Below, one piece after another: positions 23,707 to 37,232 of a DNA stretch of 64,000 bases. Where the stretch lies: assembly GCA_010015805.1 (NCBI GenBank), contig ML978126.1, positions 1,364,001-1,428,000 of the forward strand, in the 5' to 3' direction. This stretch comes from Rhizodiscina lignyota. Lineage: Eukaryota. Under the pieces are notes generated by a model that saw only the letters and a list, made by a program, of their open reading frames with translations, ran no database searches and had not been told where the DNA came from. The position numbers were made by a program, and so were the translations under genes. Position 1 is the stretch's first letter. Every line of letters starts with the position of its first letter.

Positions 23707-24766
23707 AGCAATGCATGGGCTTGGTGTGGGCGGTGTTTGTGATGGCGTTTGGGCGTTATTTAAAGATACCCACGATACAATCGCCTGGCAATGGCGATGG
23801 TCTAGCATTGGCAGCGTTCAGTACATCAGTAGTTGAAATGGACATGCATATTCAACAACATTCTGCATTGAAACACTCGTAAATTCATACAAAGTCCAGC
23901 TACGTTAGAGTAGACCCCACGATATACGGCATAAACTCTCTCGGCGCGTACATCCAAGGATTATATCGTATAGCCTTTGCATTAAGGCGGTTGGCTTGGT
24001 GATACTCGCCACTCTAGATTCAAATATACCAAGCGGTGAAAGCTATAAAACCTCAAACAATCTCACGGAGAGCTTCAAGACAGTTTGTCAAGACTATGAC
24101 AAGCACAGCAGTGGTCATTGAGGATCCCGAGGCGGCTGTAATGCTCTGTCGATGGGTCAATCTAAGGTCTGTCTAAGGTCTGTATAGTCTTTGTCTTGAG
24201 ACTTTAGATCTAGTAGCTTTCGCGCTCCAGATATAACTACACCAAGGGTTTAAGATACTGGTAAATTTGTTTCAAGTCTAATCGTAGTAGAGTGGAGCCC
24301 GTGCTATACGAACCAACGCTCTGTTGACGGGTGAAGCCAAAGTGTATAGCTTTCCCCTTGTTCGTTTTGATTTGGTGGTCTTCGAGTTCGAAATTCCACT
24401 ACATTCAGCATTGAAAGCACTAGTAAATGTGTTGAGTCCAGCGACAGTAGAGCAGATCCCGTAATATATAGGATAAACGCTCTACAGAGAGGTGGATCCA
24501 AGGTTTAGACATCCTTTTTTGTTTAGACGTTTGACCTTGACGACTTTCGCCCTCATGCTTAAGGACACTCCACTCCACAAATTCCCGCGCCTTTGTAAGT
24601 AGGAACATGTGCTATGAAGAGACTTCTGCTCTTGTTGCATCCATAGCTTGGCGGTTGTTTAATTGAATTTTGACCTTCTCTGAACTTAGCTGAAGCAATG
24701 AAACAACTTAGATAACGGGAGAATGTATACCTCTCTACGGGATTGCGGATTTAGTTATAAGTGTGA

Positions 24767-25756
24767 TCATGCAACGCCCAAGCTCCACCGCCTCTCCATG
24801 ATCCTGCGCACCCGATCTTGCGCTGCCGCATCAACTCCACAAGCCTCGGACAAGTACTTGTCGATCCCCCCGTACTTGTCCAGGATGTGCTTGTACACCG
24901 TCTTCACCATCAGAGGATCGCACCGAGCAAATTCCTCCGTCAGACCGATTGACTCAATCTCCTTCAAGCGCTCTTCCCTCTCGGGCGCTAGCTCCGCCTC
25001 AGAGAGCATGTAGTCGTGCTTTGTAGATCCCACGTCGAGTACAAGCACCTGTAGAACCAGCATGACGACAAGGCCCGTCCTGTCCTTGCCTTGCGTGCAG
25101 TGCACTAGAACTGGGTAACTCTCCGGATTGCTCAGGACATCGAAGACCTGCTTGACCTCCTTGGTACACGCGTCGATCGAGTCGACAGCTAGGCCTGTTA
25201 AGCCACGCGCTCGCATTACGTTCTCACCGAGGACGCGGATGCCTTCGGTGCGATAGCCCATAGCCATGAGGCGGATCAGCCTGAAGAATTGATGCCATGT
25301 GAGCTGCTTGATCAAGCTGTTGGAGTAGCCTTTGCCGTTGAAGTTGATCTCGTGGTAGGCGATTCCGGGAATCTTCAGCGGTTCGGCTTCTTGAGCATTC
25401 GCTTTGATGCGCTGGTTGCGCTTCTTTGAGTTCTCGATGTGTTCTGTCTCAGTCCTGAGGTCTATGACTGATTTGATGGCGAATTCGTCGATGAGGCGCT
25501 TGCGGTCTTCTGCTGTTGCATTGTCTGGAGTTGTGTTAGGGTTGAAGCCAATGCAAAAGGGAGTTGGAAGTACCAAGCCTTGCAGAGCGGTAGAGCTTCT
25601 TCTCTTGAAGTTTGCTGTCAGAGACGCATTAGATAATCATGCATATATGTGAGTTGGGATATAGGTCTCGTACTTGAGTCCAGTGAAGTCATTGATGGTT
25701 TTTCCAACATCACGAAAGTTGAGGATTGAGGGAAGGGGAGTTTGAAGAGAAGCCAT
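24767..25756 (-). CDS. Tyrosine/serine phosphatase, Y_phosphatase3 (PtpB/IphP-like)
   Basis: ILNFRDVG in exon 1 (ATG 25756), LYRSAR in exon 2, then VIDLRT and the catalytic loop VHCTQGKDRTG. Two introns. Confidence 0.9.
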
Positions 25757-26217
25757 TGAACCGTGAATCACATAGTGGAATGTTTAGGTATGAAAGTGAG
25801 AAGAAGGTCTTGGAGAGAACTTGGAAGGTGTTCACACGAGTTACAGGTGTATCTTGGTAGCCGCGAATCCATGCGCCGATCCGACTGATCACGACCAGGC
25901 CAGCTCCCCACAGCGACGCGATTGCCTCATGGTTTGGCCAGCTATGCCGCTTCCGAGCAGTGCCTTAGAGTAGTGCTCCATTGCATCGACACCAACCTCG
26001 ATTCTAGAATCGCCGTTCGACCCGCTAGCGGCACCAAGAGGCACGGCGTCCGGCGGGAAGCAGCACTCGATCTCAAGCTCCCACGCCAAAAGCAAGTATG
26101 ACGTATGGCATTCTTTGCGGCGCGTGAGCGATCGCCTTAGCTCAACCACACCTCCAGAATCCGGTATGTATAATGTACTGCCTCCATCCACAGCTCTTCC
26201 CCACGAGGGAAGTGGAC

Positions 26218-29200
26218 ATGAACCAGCTTCGCGCTGCCGTCTTTGGTTCGCACAACGGAACACCCACTGCCTCGCCGCCAATTGAGCATCCCGCGACGCA
26301 GCCGAGTCTCGCGCGCGACGATTCGGCCACGACTACGGGAGCTCCGGTCGACGTGATCGAAGAGGAGTTGGAGCAGTCTGCTAACATGGCGACAGACACG
26401 GAGGATAAACCGGCGACGCTGACCGGTGAGGAGGTCGAGGGCTTGCAGGCGGCGCAGAATCAGGGGCACTCGATTGCTTGTCCCGACCCGAGCGTGCACC
26501 AACAGCAAGAAGCAGCGACGAAGTTACAGGAGCAAGCTTCCAAGGCGGCGCTGTACGTGACGACCTCGAATCAAGAGAAAATAATCAACGTACGCGACGT
26601 CAACCCATTGGGGCCGGACGGAAAGCTATCGTCGGCAGGTTAGTTGTTTCCAATAGCATAGCCACAAGCCACCTGCACGAGAAACCCGCCGAGGCTGGGG
26701 CCTGAATGGCTTCACAGAGTTCAGAGCCACATTTGCTGATGAGTACTTCTGTGATTAGGTGCTGCTACGTCCCTCAGATACGCGTCTCAAACCGAATTGC
26801 CCGCTTTCCCCTCCTCCGGCAGCATCAACGCTGCACATTCCCATTCCGCCGCAAACCTGGCGAATACAAACCAAAAACCCTTCGAGCATTGGAAGCCGGA
26901 CGCGTCGCACTCCGCTGGCAAGGCTGCGCTACTTGCGCATGATAATCAGAAACCCTTCGAGCATTGGAAACCTGACCTGAGCGAGGCTGGATCGAAAGCG
27001 GCCATTCTAGCTCACAGAGGTACGCCAAAGGTTAACATCTGGATGCCGGAGGCAAGCGATCATGGCAATTCGGCCGCGCACATTGCAATGGCGAAGAAAG
27101 GCTTGGCGCCGAAGATAGACTATGGAAGTACAGAGGATGGCAGGAGGAGGGCCTTGATAGCGGCCACTGGTGCAGTGAGGACGTCCAATTCGCGGAAAAG
27201 AGCAAACTCGACGCCAACTCCTCGTCATAGCGCTCCATCACTGAGCGGGGCGATGGCCGTAACCGGGAGAAGGAAGGTTGAAGAAATGGACGCGAATAAG
27301 TGGGATTCAGACGCAATGCAGGCGGCACGGATTCAACATCTACACATGAGCCGTGCAATGTACACAGAACACCCACCAGTTGAGCAGTTCGACAAAGAAG
27401 AGGAGGCACATCAAGCGGCACTGAAGGCCTCGGCCATCTCAATGGCGAAGAAGATGTACGATATGCAGCAGTCTCGTATTGAAGAGGCGGCTGGACTTGG
27501 TGCAGCTCGAGCTAGTCGCATTGCGGGCACGAGTCCGTTGACGCAAGATAACCTCAAGACGGCTGCGATGCAGCAGCTCTCGCTACAAGAAGCAGCGCAG
27601 CGGCTCGCCGAGGAGCGGCTGGCGAAGATGAAACCCGACGATACGACCGCTCTGCGTGAATATTATGGTTATAAGTCTCCGCCCCGCTCACCTCGAATTC
27701 GAAACAAGCTCAGTATACGTGGACGGAAGCGGTCTAACAGTGATGGTGTAACCATGGCTCCTCCAACTGATAGGTGGGCCGATTCCGACGATGAAGAGCA
27801 GAGCCGTCGGATCAGAAACCAGATGAGCCTGTTCCGAGACCAAGTCCAGGAAGTGGATGTGAAGAAGCGTCAAAAGGACCGGGCCGCGCTTATTGCAGCT
27901 GCCGAGAAGAAAGTGCATGCGCAGATGCACGATCTCGACGAGAAGGTTTTCAATGATACGGGCAAGATGTCACCGGCCATGATCGAGGAATGGGAGAATA
28001 AGTCTCGCTTGCGCTTGGAGAAGAAGTTGGAGGAAGAAAGGGTCGAACGGCAGCAGTCTCGCGAGGGTGGAGCAAAGTCGGAGAAGATCCATATCGGCGG
28101 TGGGAAGTACATGGATAAGGCCGAGATTGAGTCAATTGCGAGGAAGAGGGTGCATCCTACGTTGCTTGAGATTGGGGAGCAGGCTGAGAGGCAGAGAAAG
28201 AAGGATAGGGAGATGGCGGCGGAGAAGGAGGAGAAGAGGAAGGAGGCGAGGCTGGAGAAGGAGAAGAGCAATGAGAAGAGGGAGGAGGAGAAGCGTGCGA
28301 GAGGTGAGCATAATCGTTATAATGCATGACTGGAACTAATGGTTTAATTTCGCAGCGGAAGAGAAGAACGCCTCTCGTGTGGAGAAGGAAGCTGAAAAGT
28401 CGAAGCGGAAGGAGGAGATGCGGCTGGTTAAGGAGGAAAAGCGGAGGTCCAAGGATAAGGACTACATGCGGCCGACTGCGGCCGACTCACATCCTCCGGA
28501 TGAGCCTGCTGAAACGAGAGCCGGTGCCATTGTAGCGAGTGAGGACACAATACCAGCAGTGACCTCTATTCCGCTATCAGAACTTCCCCCAGCTGTAGCA
28601 CCAATCCTTCCACCTACCGACCCGGAGACTCCTGCGCCTCCTCCCGATGGCCTGAATGCCGTCGAACCAACAGCGACCGACGCGGCCACTGCCACTGAGG
28701 AGCCAAAACCCAAGACTTCCTCTGGGGATGAGTCGAAGAAAACGCCACCATCCGCATTGACGAGCCCGCCTGGTTCACCAACGAGGGCAGATGGTTCTAG
28801 GGGACTCAAAGGCTTCCTCAATAAGTTTAAGCGCAAGTCGAAAGCCGCGCCTGGCGAGATCAAAGGCTTCTCTGGTGGACATCGACTCAGTCGTGCGAAG
28901 GAGGAGCAAGATAGGGAGAATACTAATGGGAACGCTACTTCTGCTACCCCACCTATCGCCTCTCCTACTACCGCTCCTACGACTGCTCCTGACACCACGG
29001 CGAAAGCACCTGGTGCTTTTGGCACAGGGATGACAACGACAGGCGACGCTGATGCTATTCACTCGCCAAGCATCTCCAGCGTCTCATCCCTCGAGCCGGA
29101 CGCTGGACTCGATCGTACGATTGAGGAAGAGGATGCCCCGCGTGGACGCCAGCGACTTGAAGCCCCCAAGACCGTTGCGGCTCCAGTGCATGCAGAAGGC

Positions 29201-29362
29201 AGCGATCTCAGCGCTACTCAAACCAACACAACGCACGAAGAGTTCGAAGAGGCAAGGGATCAGTTTGACGAGGGCCTCGCGCCGCCGCAGCCCGCATTCA
29301 CGAGCAAGAAGAGCGAGAGCGGCAGTCCGCATCGGGACTCGAAGTTCTTCGAGGGTCTTTAG
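26218..29362 (+). CDS. EIS1: Eisosome protein 1 family
   Basis: Motifs KLSSAGAATSLRYA, duplicated NQKPFEHWKPD and IHIGGGKYM; C-terminus EEFEEARDQF...SKFFEGL. Introns at 26639-26758 and 28304-28355. Exact start codon uncertain. Confidence 0.85.
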
Positions 29363-29764
29363 TCATGATCTCCACCACCAATATTTCCTTTAACAAAGCT
29401 GCAAGAGGGGGATGATGGAAATGTACGATTTTATGGTACACATTGTCTGCGATATAACGGCTGTATAACGGTATCTTACTCACTATCTCGGTAGCAGGAT
29501 CAGGCGTTTGGCAATGGGGAATGGGGAATGGATTGGAAGGGAAATTGGGGCCTAGATGGACGTGACTATGGCAACAAGGGACATATACGTGTACTTGATG
29601 CGATTAACGAAGTCAATGCAATGGTTTCATTACCAGGGTCCAAGAGTCTATGCTGTAGTTCGTTTTGAATCGTCTATCTTGTCGTACATTTCTCATGTCA
29701 TCATGCGCGGCTCCTGTTCGCGAGGTCATTGATACTCGTCAATACCATGAAGCCGGGGAAATTT

Positions 29765-30986
29765 TCATCCCATCATCTTAACCGCAACGTGCAGAAACCC
29801 GTCGGCGTACGCCACAGCTCTTGCTAACTCTTCCAGGTTCGCGGAAAGCGGCACGACTGCACCGTGTAGCACTGGCAGGGCGAGCAGTGGACTTCTACGT
29901 GAAGGAAACAGCGTCGGAAGAAGGGTGTTCAGCGCCGTGCCAAGCGTGTGAGGCTGCGATCTGCTTCCTCCACTCGGCAGTGATGGCGGAACTAGAGACT
30001 GGAAGACACGCAGGGTTCCAGCAGCGGGAGGTTCCTCCTCTATTGGATTCGGATTTGGAGCTGGCGATGCCGGGCCTGGAGAGGGGGAGGGAGCTGACAG
30101 TTGTGTAGGTGCTGCAGTGCTGGGAAGGTACAGTCGAATTGGGATATTTTTCAGACTCAAGCCAGGTGGATTCAGCAATTTCGCGTGGACAGGATTGAAA
30201 AGCGATAGGTCATGCTCCTCTACTGCGCGCCATATTTGCGTCGAGTCCTCGTATCCGAGCCCCATGACAACCTTCCCTGTACTGTGACGAATGAAGCCCG
30301 CCTCCTTGACGCTGTTCCTGAACGCGTCGAGGAGCTGCTTTCCCTCGCTGTCGAGCTTGACCAGCTGCTCTGACGGCCAGTCTGTGAAGTGCACGACTAG
30401 TTTCCAGGGAAGGGTGTCGGGTTCTGAGGTCTCGCTGTTTCCATTATCTCCCTCTCCCTCTTCTGGCGGTTCTACTGCCGGCGACCCCATGGCAGGCGAT
30501 TGTGGTAAGCCTACGCCGCCATCAGATCGACCACTAAGCCGTGAGCCAGCGCCGGCTCTGGAAGCTCTCATTGTTGATGCTGATGCCATCACTTCAACTT
30601 CAGCGTTCGCGGGCTCGGCGCCGGCGTATAGATCGTATAATAGGCCGAGAGGGTAGTGCCATTTGAGAGGGACATCTTCGTATGAGAACCACCCGTCGTG
30701 CGCTGCGCAAGCGTCTGGTTCGATGAGGTAGCTCCGAAAGAAGGCGTATATGCGCGGGAGGAGTAGTGGGAGATATGAGATTCGTGGCACTTGGATCTAA
30801 TACGTGAGGTTAGCTTCGTTTCGAAAGAGAGCAGCTTCATGAAGACTTGAATAATCTCACCAAGTATGCATCCGACTCGTCGAAAGTCCTACACTCCGCG
30901 CTGGAGAGTCTGATCTCTAGGGGAATCGATCCATCCCAGACCTTCTGCTGCAGCCGGCTCAGTTGCTGCTCGTGACTGCTTGTCAT
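29765..30986 (-). CDS. ATG5: Autophagy protein 5
   Basis: Exon 1 [25 protein letters not shown], then an intron, then [21 protein letters not shown] and YADGFLHV. Confidence 0.95.
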
Positions 30987-31728
30987 CGCCGACTAGCGGA
31001 GTGATGATGGTGTCGAGTAAGGTCCCAATCCTCAGGCTTGACGCTCGACCGAAGATGTGCCTGCGATGCTATCGTCGAGGCAACAAGGCACATCTTTCGT
31101 GGCGGTGCATCGGAATTAAACTATAGACTCGAGTTCGCTTGTATTAGTGAGCCAGAAAGTGAACATCAGCCTGGTCATCCCCTATTGTGGTGGAGCAGGA
31201 GTTTGTATGAGAGCTCCGGGGGAGCTTCGAGCTCACCACCAGGGCTGCGACAAATGCGCGGTTCTGATTGGCTGGATAGCTGAATTCGATTGTGGCTTGA
31301 GAGCTCACGCGAGGCTGCCACTTCGTCTCAGCACAGCCTCGCAACAATTTCACCCCATTCCACTAATGATACTGATGCAACTGCGCCCCAACCCCACAGG
31401 TGTAACAGTGTGCGGTGGAGTCGAGACAAGGCTAGGTTATTCGGCGGTAAGGTCATTTCTGAAGTCCTACTTCTAGGCAGCCGTTTCCACGATCGAATTC
31501 TTTGGACATTTCGCGCCCTGTGTCAGTGTTCAGCTCTCACCATTTATGCGACCTCACGGCCTCACTGCTTTTCCTGAAACAATAATTCCTTCGCCAAGTG
31601 GTGATTTCCTCTTCTTTCTTCGGCCTCTGCTGTACTTTCCATAACAAGCACACTACTTACCATCAGCCTCCACATCCACGCAATCAATCTTCAATCACAA
31701 GACCAGGCAACTAAGCTCAGTCTTCAGC

Positions 31729-32730
31729 ATGAAATCTAAGCACACTCTCCCAAACGTCGTGACCGAACCGTGGAAGCAAGATGCAGCCTCGGACCCCTCC
31801 ACGCGCCGCACAACCGGCAACCTGGACTCGTGGTCCGTCAACGCCACCTTCTGGGACAAGGTAGTCGGCGAGGGCAACGACATGTACCAGGAGCTCGTCC
31901 TCCCTGTAGTCGAGGAGCTGGCGGAGATCACGCCCGGCTCCGGCGAGTGCATGATCGACCTTGCGACGGGTAACGGCATCGTGGCGCGCAAGATGCGCGC
32001 TTGCATGGGCGATGCTGGTGGTGGCAGAGTCTTTTCAAGCGATGGCTGCAAGGAGCTACTAGATCTGGCGCGCGAGCGGGAGCGTATGGCGTTGACACTT
32101 GAGGGCCAGGAAGTTGGGAAGCTTCAGCCTCCTGGGATTGAATATATTGAGCTAGATCTAATGGATGAGGGCAAGATGGACGAGTTTGCGGAGGAGTATG
32201 CAGGGTAAGCTCCCCCATATCACCAAGTTCTGCCTGAAGAATCAGATCTCTAACATCTCCACAGAGCCTTCGACGTTATTACCCTGATCATGGCTATCCT
32301 TGAGCTCCCATCGCTCGAGCCTCTCGCTCGACTTCTTCCTAGGATTCTAAAGCCTGGAACTGGCCGCTTCATTGCCGTGAACCTGCATCCCGCCTTCTCT
32401 AAGCCTGCTGCACACCGAGTGATCGAGGTGCTTGAGAACCCGAACACCGGTCAGCAGGAGACTCGCCACTGGATCAAGTCTTCGGCGTATCTGTCGATCC
32501 CACCTTGCTCATCTCAGGGTATCCGCGACCAGCCAGCTGCGCAGACGCTCTTCCATCGCCCTCTTCAGGACGTGTTCATGCCATTCTTCGCAACCGGCAA
32601 GCTTACTCTAGATGGATTCAAGGAGCTGGCGTTCCAGCATGAACCGGATCGCGCGCAGATCCAGAGCTATCACAATTTCCCGCAGTTCCCAATGCTGATT
32701 GCGTTCCGCTTACGTGTGATTAACACCTGA
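31729..32730 (+). CDS. Class I SAM-dependent methyltransferase
   Basis: Motif I (IDLATGNG), plus LKPGTGRF, HPAF and FHRPL motifs. One intron at ~32205-32263. Confidence 0.85.
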
Positions 32731-33643
32731 GTGGTTCCTTCTTCATGATACCGAAAGTCTCGGTTTCTTCTGAATTCCCTCCAATAAGGGCTGTGACGAA
32801 AAATTACGACGGGCGGATCACGATGTTACGATGCTGGAAACCGAAGCCTTAAAGCTTATGGTACAATGGCGTTTTTGGGCCATGAAATGCAATTGCTTAG
32901 AAGGAAATGATGCCAATTCGAAGCGACTTCTTGCGCTCACTGCTTTAGATATTCTTGAGAGATTCCAGCAGTACTTCAAATACAAGATTGTTTAGTCAAT
33001 ATGTGACTGATGATTCGATCGTATAGCATTTGTACATGGATGTCGTCAGAGTTGATCGGCCTTCTCTTGCAACGGAATCACTACTCTTCCAAACACTTTG
33101 GGAATATTTCTCAAGCACTCCTTATGTTGAATCCAACGCCCTGCTAGGGGAATTTCACGTCCACTAACCTCTTTATACTGTGATTAGCATTGTATGATCC
33201 CCAAGACCTACACAGATTTAATGAGATCAATGGGAGAAGAGTAGATACTGAAACCATAGTGTCGAGAAGGACTACGGAATGGGCGAATTATATCCGCATG
33301 AAATGGATCAATTGGATCATTCGAGACGGTTACTTGTCGAATTTGTGCTAGAAAGAAGTATGCGATGAAAAGAAGTCAAGGTAATGAGCCAATCTCGTAG
33401 GCAAACTTTGAGCTGATTGTTCTTCCTCCAGCAGTCTGAATCTTCTTGAGAAGAAGGAAGTATGGAGATTAGAGTCGTCATTCACAAAATAAATGACTTT
33501 TGCGTTATGAAAAGGAGGGGAGCATAGGGTTAGGGTTGATCAGCAGAGCTCGGCGGTCCAAAGCGGTGAAGCTCAGGGTAGCTTGAAACAAAATCCCACT
33601 CCGAAGCAATCCACTCGTTTTCAAAATCCAATTGACCAGCGAG

Positions 33644-35417
33644 ATGTCGGACGCAGGCAATCCTCCTTCCGAGGACTCGTTCAAGTTCATCGAGACCCCT
33701 CCAGCTCCCAGCCCTCAACAATCTCCCGGCAATTGCGGTGTTCGCACGACATCTGTAAGTCTATTTTGCAATGTATACAATGGTTGCCTACAGTTTCCAA
33801 TTCTAAAAAATCCTGCTAAAGCCGTTCTCTTTAAGCTCAAACTATTTTGACAAACCTCAATTGACTTATCTTGATAGTATCCTGCCATCAAAAATGCTCC
33901 ATTCCCCGCCGATGGTCCAGGCAGCGACACCTTCAGCAACGTCCTCCTCGGCTCCCTCTTGTTGATCATCCCCTACTACCTCAAGAGCCAAGTCGGCGGT
34001 GGCCTCAAGACATGGATCTTCTTCGCGCTTCTCACTGGCCTCCCCATCCTAATAGGCTACTGGACCTTTGCTTCTTCCTACTCCCCTCGCAAGACCGAGA
34101 AGGCCAAGCATCCAGGCAAGCCGATCGATACATACCTCCAGTTCCACAGAGATGAGGACAAGGAGAAGTACTACGGACGAAACAAGATTCCAATGCACAC
34201 TTTCCATGAGAAATACTTTGACGGTGAGGTGGATGTGAAGGGTGACATGCTGGAGGTGATGGAGTACAGACACGATTGGGCCAACTTCAAATTCACAATG
34301 GGCTTGTTCTGGTACTTCCTAGTGGGCATGATACCAGAGGTCATTATGCACACTCGCTCTCAAGGTACATTTTCTCACAGAGGACCCGTTCCCGAGCTCC
34401 AAGAGAACACGTTGCTAACCCACGACCCACAGACGAAGAACAAGTCCGTGACCACTACGACCGTGGCGACGACTTCTATGGCTGGTTCCTCGGCCCTCGC
34501 ATGATCTACACATCCGGTATAATCTCCAACATCAACACCGAAGAATCTCTCGAGCAGCTCCAGGACAACAAGCTGGGCATCGTGTGTGAGAAGATCCAGC
34601 TCAAGCCTGGCGAGCGCATGCTCGACATCGGCTGCGGCTGGGGCACGCTGGCCAAGTACGCTTCCATCAATTACGGCGCACACGCTACTGGCGTCACCTT
34701 GGGTCGCAACCAGACGGCGTGGGGCAACAGCGGGTTGAGGAAGGCCGGAATTCCCGAAGAGCAGAGCAATATTCTGTGCATGGACTACCGAGACATCCCT
34801 CTGCCGGAGGGTGGATACAACAAGATCACCTGTCTTGAGATGGCAGAACACGTTGGTGTCAGACACTTCTCCACATTCTTGAAGCAGGTGTACGACATGC
34901 TGGACGACGATGGTATCTTCTTCCTACAGATTGCGGGACTGCGCAAGAGCTGGCAGTACGAGGATCTGATCTGGGGCTTGTTCATGAACAAGTACATTTT
35001 CCCAGGCGCGGACGCAAGCACGCCGCTTGGGTGGTTCGTTGACAAGCTTGAGGGCGCGGGCTTTGAAGTGCGCGGCATTGATACAATTGGCGTGCATTAC
35101 AGCGCGACGCTCTGGCGGTGGTACAGGAATTGGATGGGCAATCGGGACAAGGTAGAGGCTAAATACGGAAAGCGCTGGTTCAGGGTGAGTTGACCAACTA
35201 CCTAAGTCCTATGAAGTGGCTGACAGCTAGCCAGATTTGGGAATACTTCCTCGCTTACAGCACAATCATCTCCCGCGAGGGTGGCGCAAGCTGCTACCAG
35301 ATCACCCTTGTCAAGAACGTCAACGCAACACATCGCGTTGAGGGGATCCCAGCCCAGTTTGGACTTTCGGGCGCGCTCACAGCGAACAAGGCAAAGCTGA
35401 AGCTGGCCCAATCGTAG
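33644..35417 (+). CDS. MTS1: Sphingolipid C9-methyltransferase (CFA synthase family)
   Basis: YPAIKNAP, two N-terminal TM helices, DHYDRGDDFYGWFLGPRMIYTSG, LDIGCGWG and CLEMAEHVG. Three introns. Confidence 0.92.
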
Positions 35418-35614
35418 AGCACGTCATGAGGTGCATGGCATGATGGGGAAACGAACAGAAAATGGCGAAAGTGCAAATGGCGTACTGTTGGGCATCAGGA
35501 AGAGAGGCTATGTTTTGATAAAGGTTTTGATGAAAGAAAGGTCGTAGTGTATATACTTATACCTCTTGAAAATATGAAGGCATGGTGGGAACTGCACTTT
35601 CTATTTCTTGATTC

Positions 35615-36544
35615 TCACGAGGCTCGAGGGTGACGAAACCATTGACCGCTGGGCAAGCTGTAATATCTTAAGTCGATCAACTTTTGTACCTCAAGGTAAG
35701 CGAGATGAATGACCTTTGAAAGCTCAGCTATACATTCTTCGGAGTGTACTAAGCAATAGCGAACCATTGAAAAACCTGTACACCTTATAAGTGTAGACAT
35801 TACAGGCTCTTGCTGTCCCGTGCCTTGAAATCTGAGGCCGAATTTCTTGCACCCTCGAGCTAGGCAAAGCCCTACACAGAATATCATCAGCAGGGCAACC
35901 GCAAAGTTCCACGTCGTCATTTTCTTGGCCGGGCCCTTGTCGCTTTTGCTCGCGATGCGTTCCGACTTCCTGGTGGCGCCCGAATCACCGGTGGTATTGG
36001 CCGGCGGATTCATCCGCACAAGGCTGTGCGTGTTTGGTGGAGTTTGGGTGCCTTTGGCGACGGCTTTGTTATACGCCTGCTATTGTTGTTACAGTGAGAC
36101 GCTGCCGAGCTTTGTGACCTGGGATTGTGTGAGACGATCTAACACGTAGGTCTTGCTAACTTCGTCAATCCATTGCCCACAAGAGAATTTCGCGTCTGGG
36201 GTGCTGTGGTCGTAGATGGTATATGCCTTTGGGAATTTTGCATGCTGCTCAGCTTTCGCCATTTTCGAATTGCCTGTTAATTCCCGATTCTGTTTTTGAA
36301 CATTCTCCATAAATCGTTCCTCAGACTCATCGAGTTTCTGTCTCAGTCTCAATCTTCAACCTCCAGCCTCCACCGTTTTCGCGCTCCACTTCATGCCACC
36401 GGTCCTAATTGCCGCCATCTTGACCAACGCAGTTCTTGACTTCATCAACAATCTTGGCTGACGCCGACCGCAATCTGAGCCTGATACAGATGAAGATGGC
36501 AGTGTGGTGGTGATGATCACCAGGCCGATGATGATGTTGCGCAC
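35615..36544 (-). pseudogene. Degenerate coding remnant of unknown family
   Basis: Three listed ORFs (36356-36544, 36089-36352, 35615-36019) share one frame. They are separated only by TGA, TAA and TAG, two of which sit inside a CAA/CAG run. Confidence 0.4.
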
Positions 36545-37232
36545 AGAAATATCATGAACATGAACCGAGGCCGTACCTCCGGACTGGCTTATCGTATGAG
36601 CGCGCTAAACACCCCATCTGCTCATCCCAGTCTTCTTCTGTTGGCCAGCTGGAACATTTCAGTTGAAAGCTTGAGGGGGCGCCTTCTTATATTAAATATT
36701 GTGCGTTGCCGGCGTAACGGGAAAGTCCGCTGTCCTACAAGAGACGAGATTTGATTTTGTGAAGTCGACCTCATCCAGAATGACGGTTCAGATTGCATCA
36801 TGTTATCGCTGACATGTTTCCCCGGGCAAGGGCGAATTTCTGTGTGATTGAAAAGTCCGCAAAAGCGCCAAGCGTAAACTGGGAGCCGGTGTCGCGAAAA
36901 GTTCTTCCATCATTGATTGTTGGGTGAGGATGGTAGGTTCGATAGCGCAAAGCCTGTAGTCCGTTGCTTTACTCCACGGATCCGAGAATGGCATCCAACA
37001 ACAGCGAGGTTGGCGTATGCTTCGCGCCATTGTGCTATGCCTCTGACAATATCTAACGTCGGTGCTCTCAAGCCTCCGTGGACATCAATTTCGAGAATGA
37101 ACCGTACCTCTGCTACGTGCTCTCATGCACTCTCTGGAATTGTGAGATGACTTAGACAAAATCCAATGTAGGCATCCTTGAGCTCTCGTGCTCACCGAAC
37201 AAGAGAACCGATCCCACTGCTACCAAGCACTC

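Noticed and set aside
25536..25544. TTAGGGTTG copy as another promoter telo-box
   Set aside because: It lies within a phosphatase intron, where CCCTAAC is explained as the branch site.
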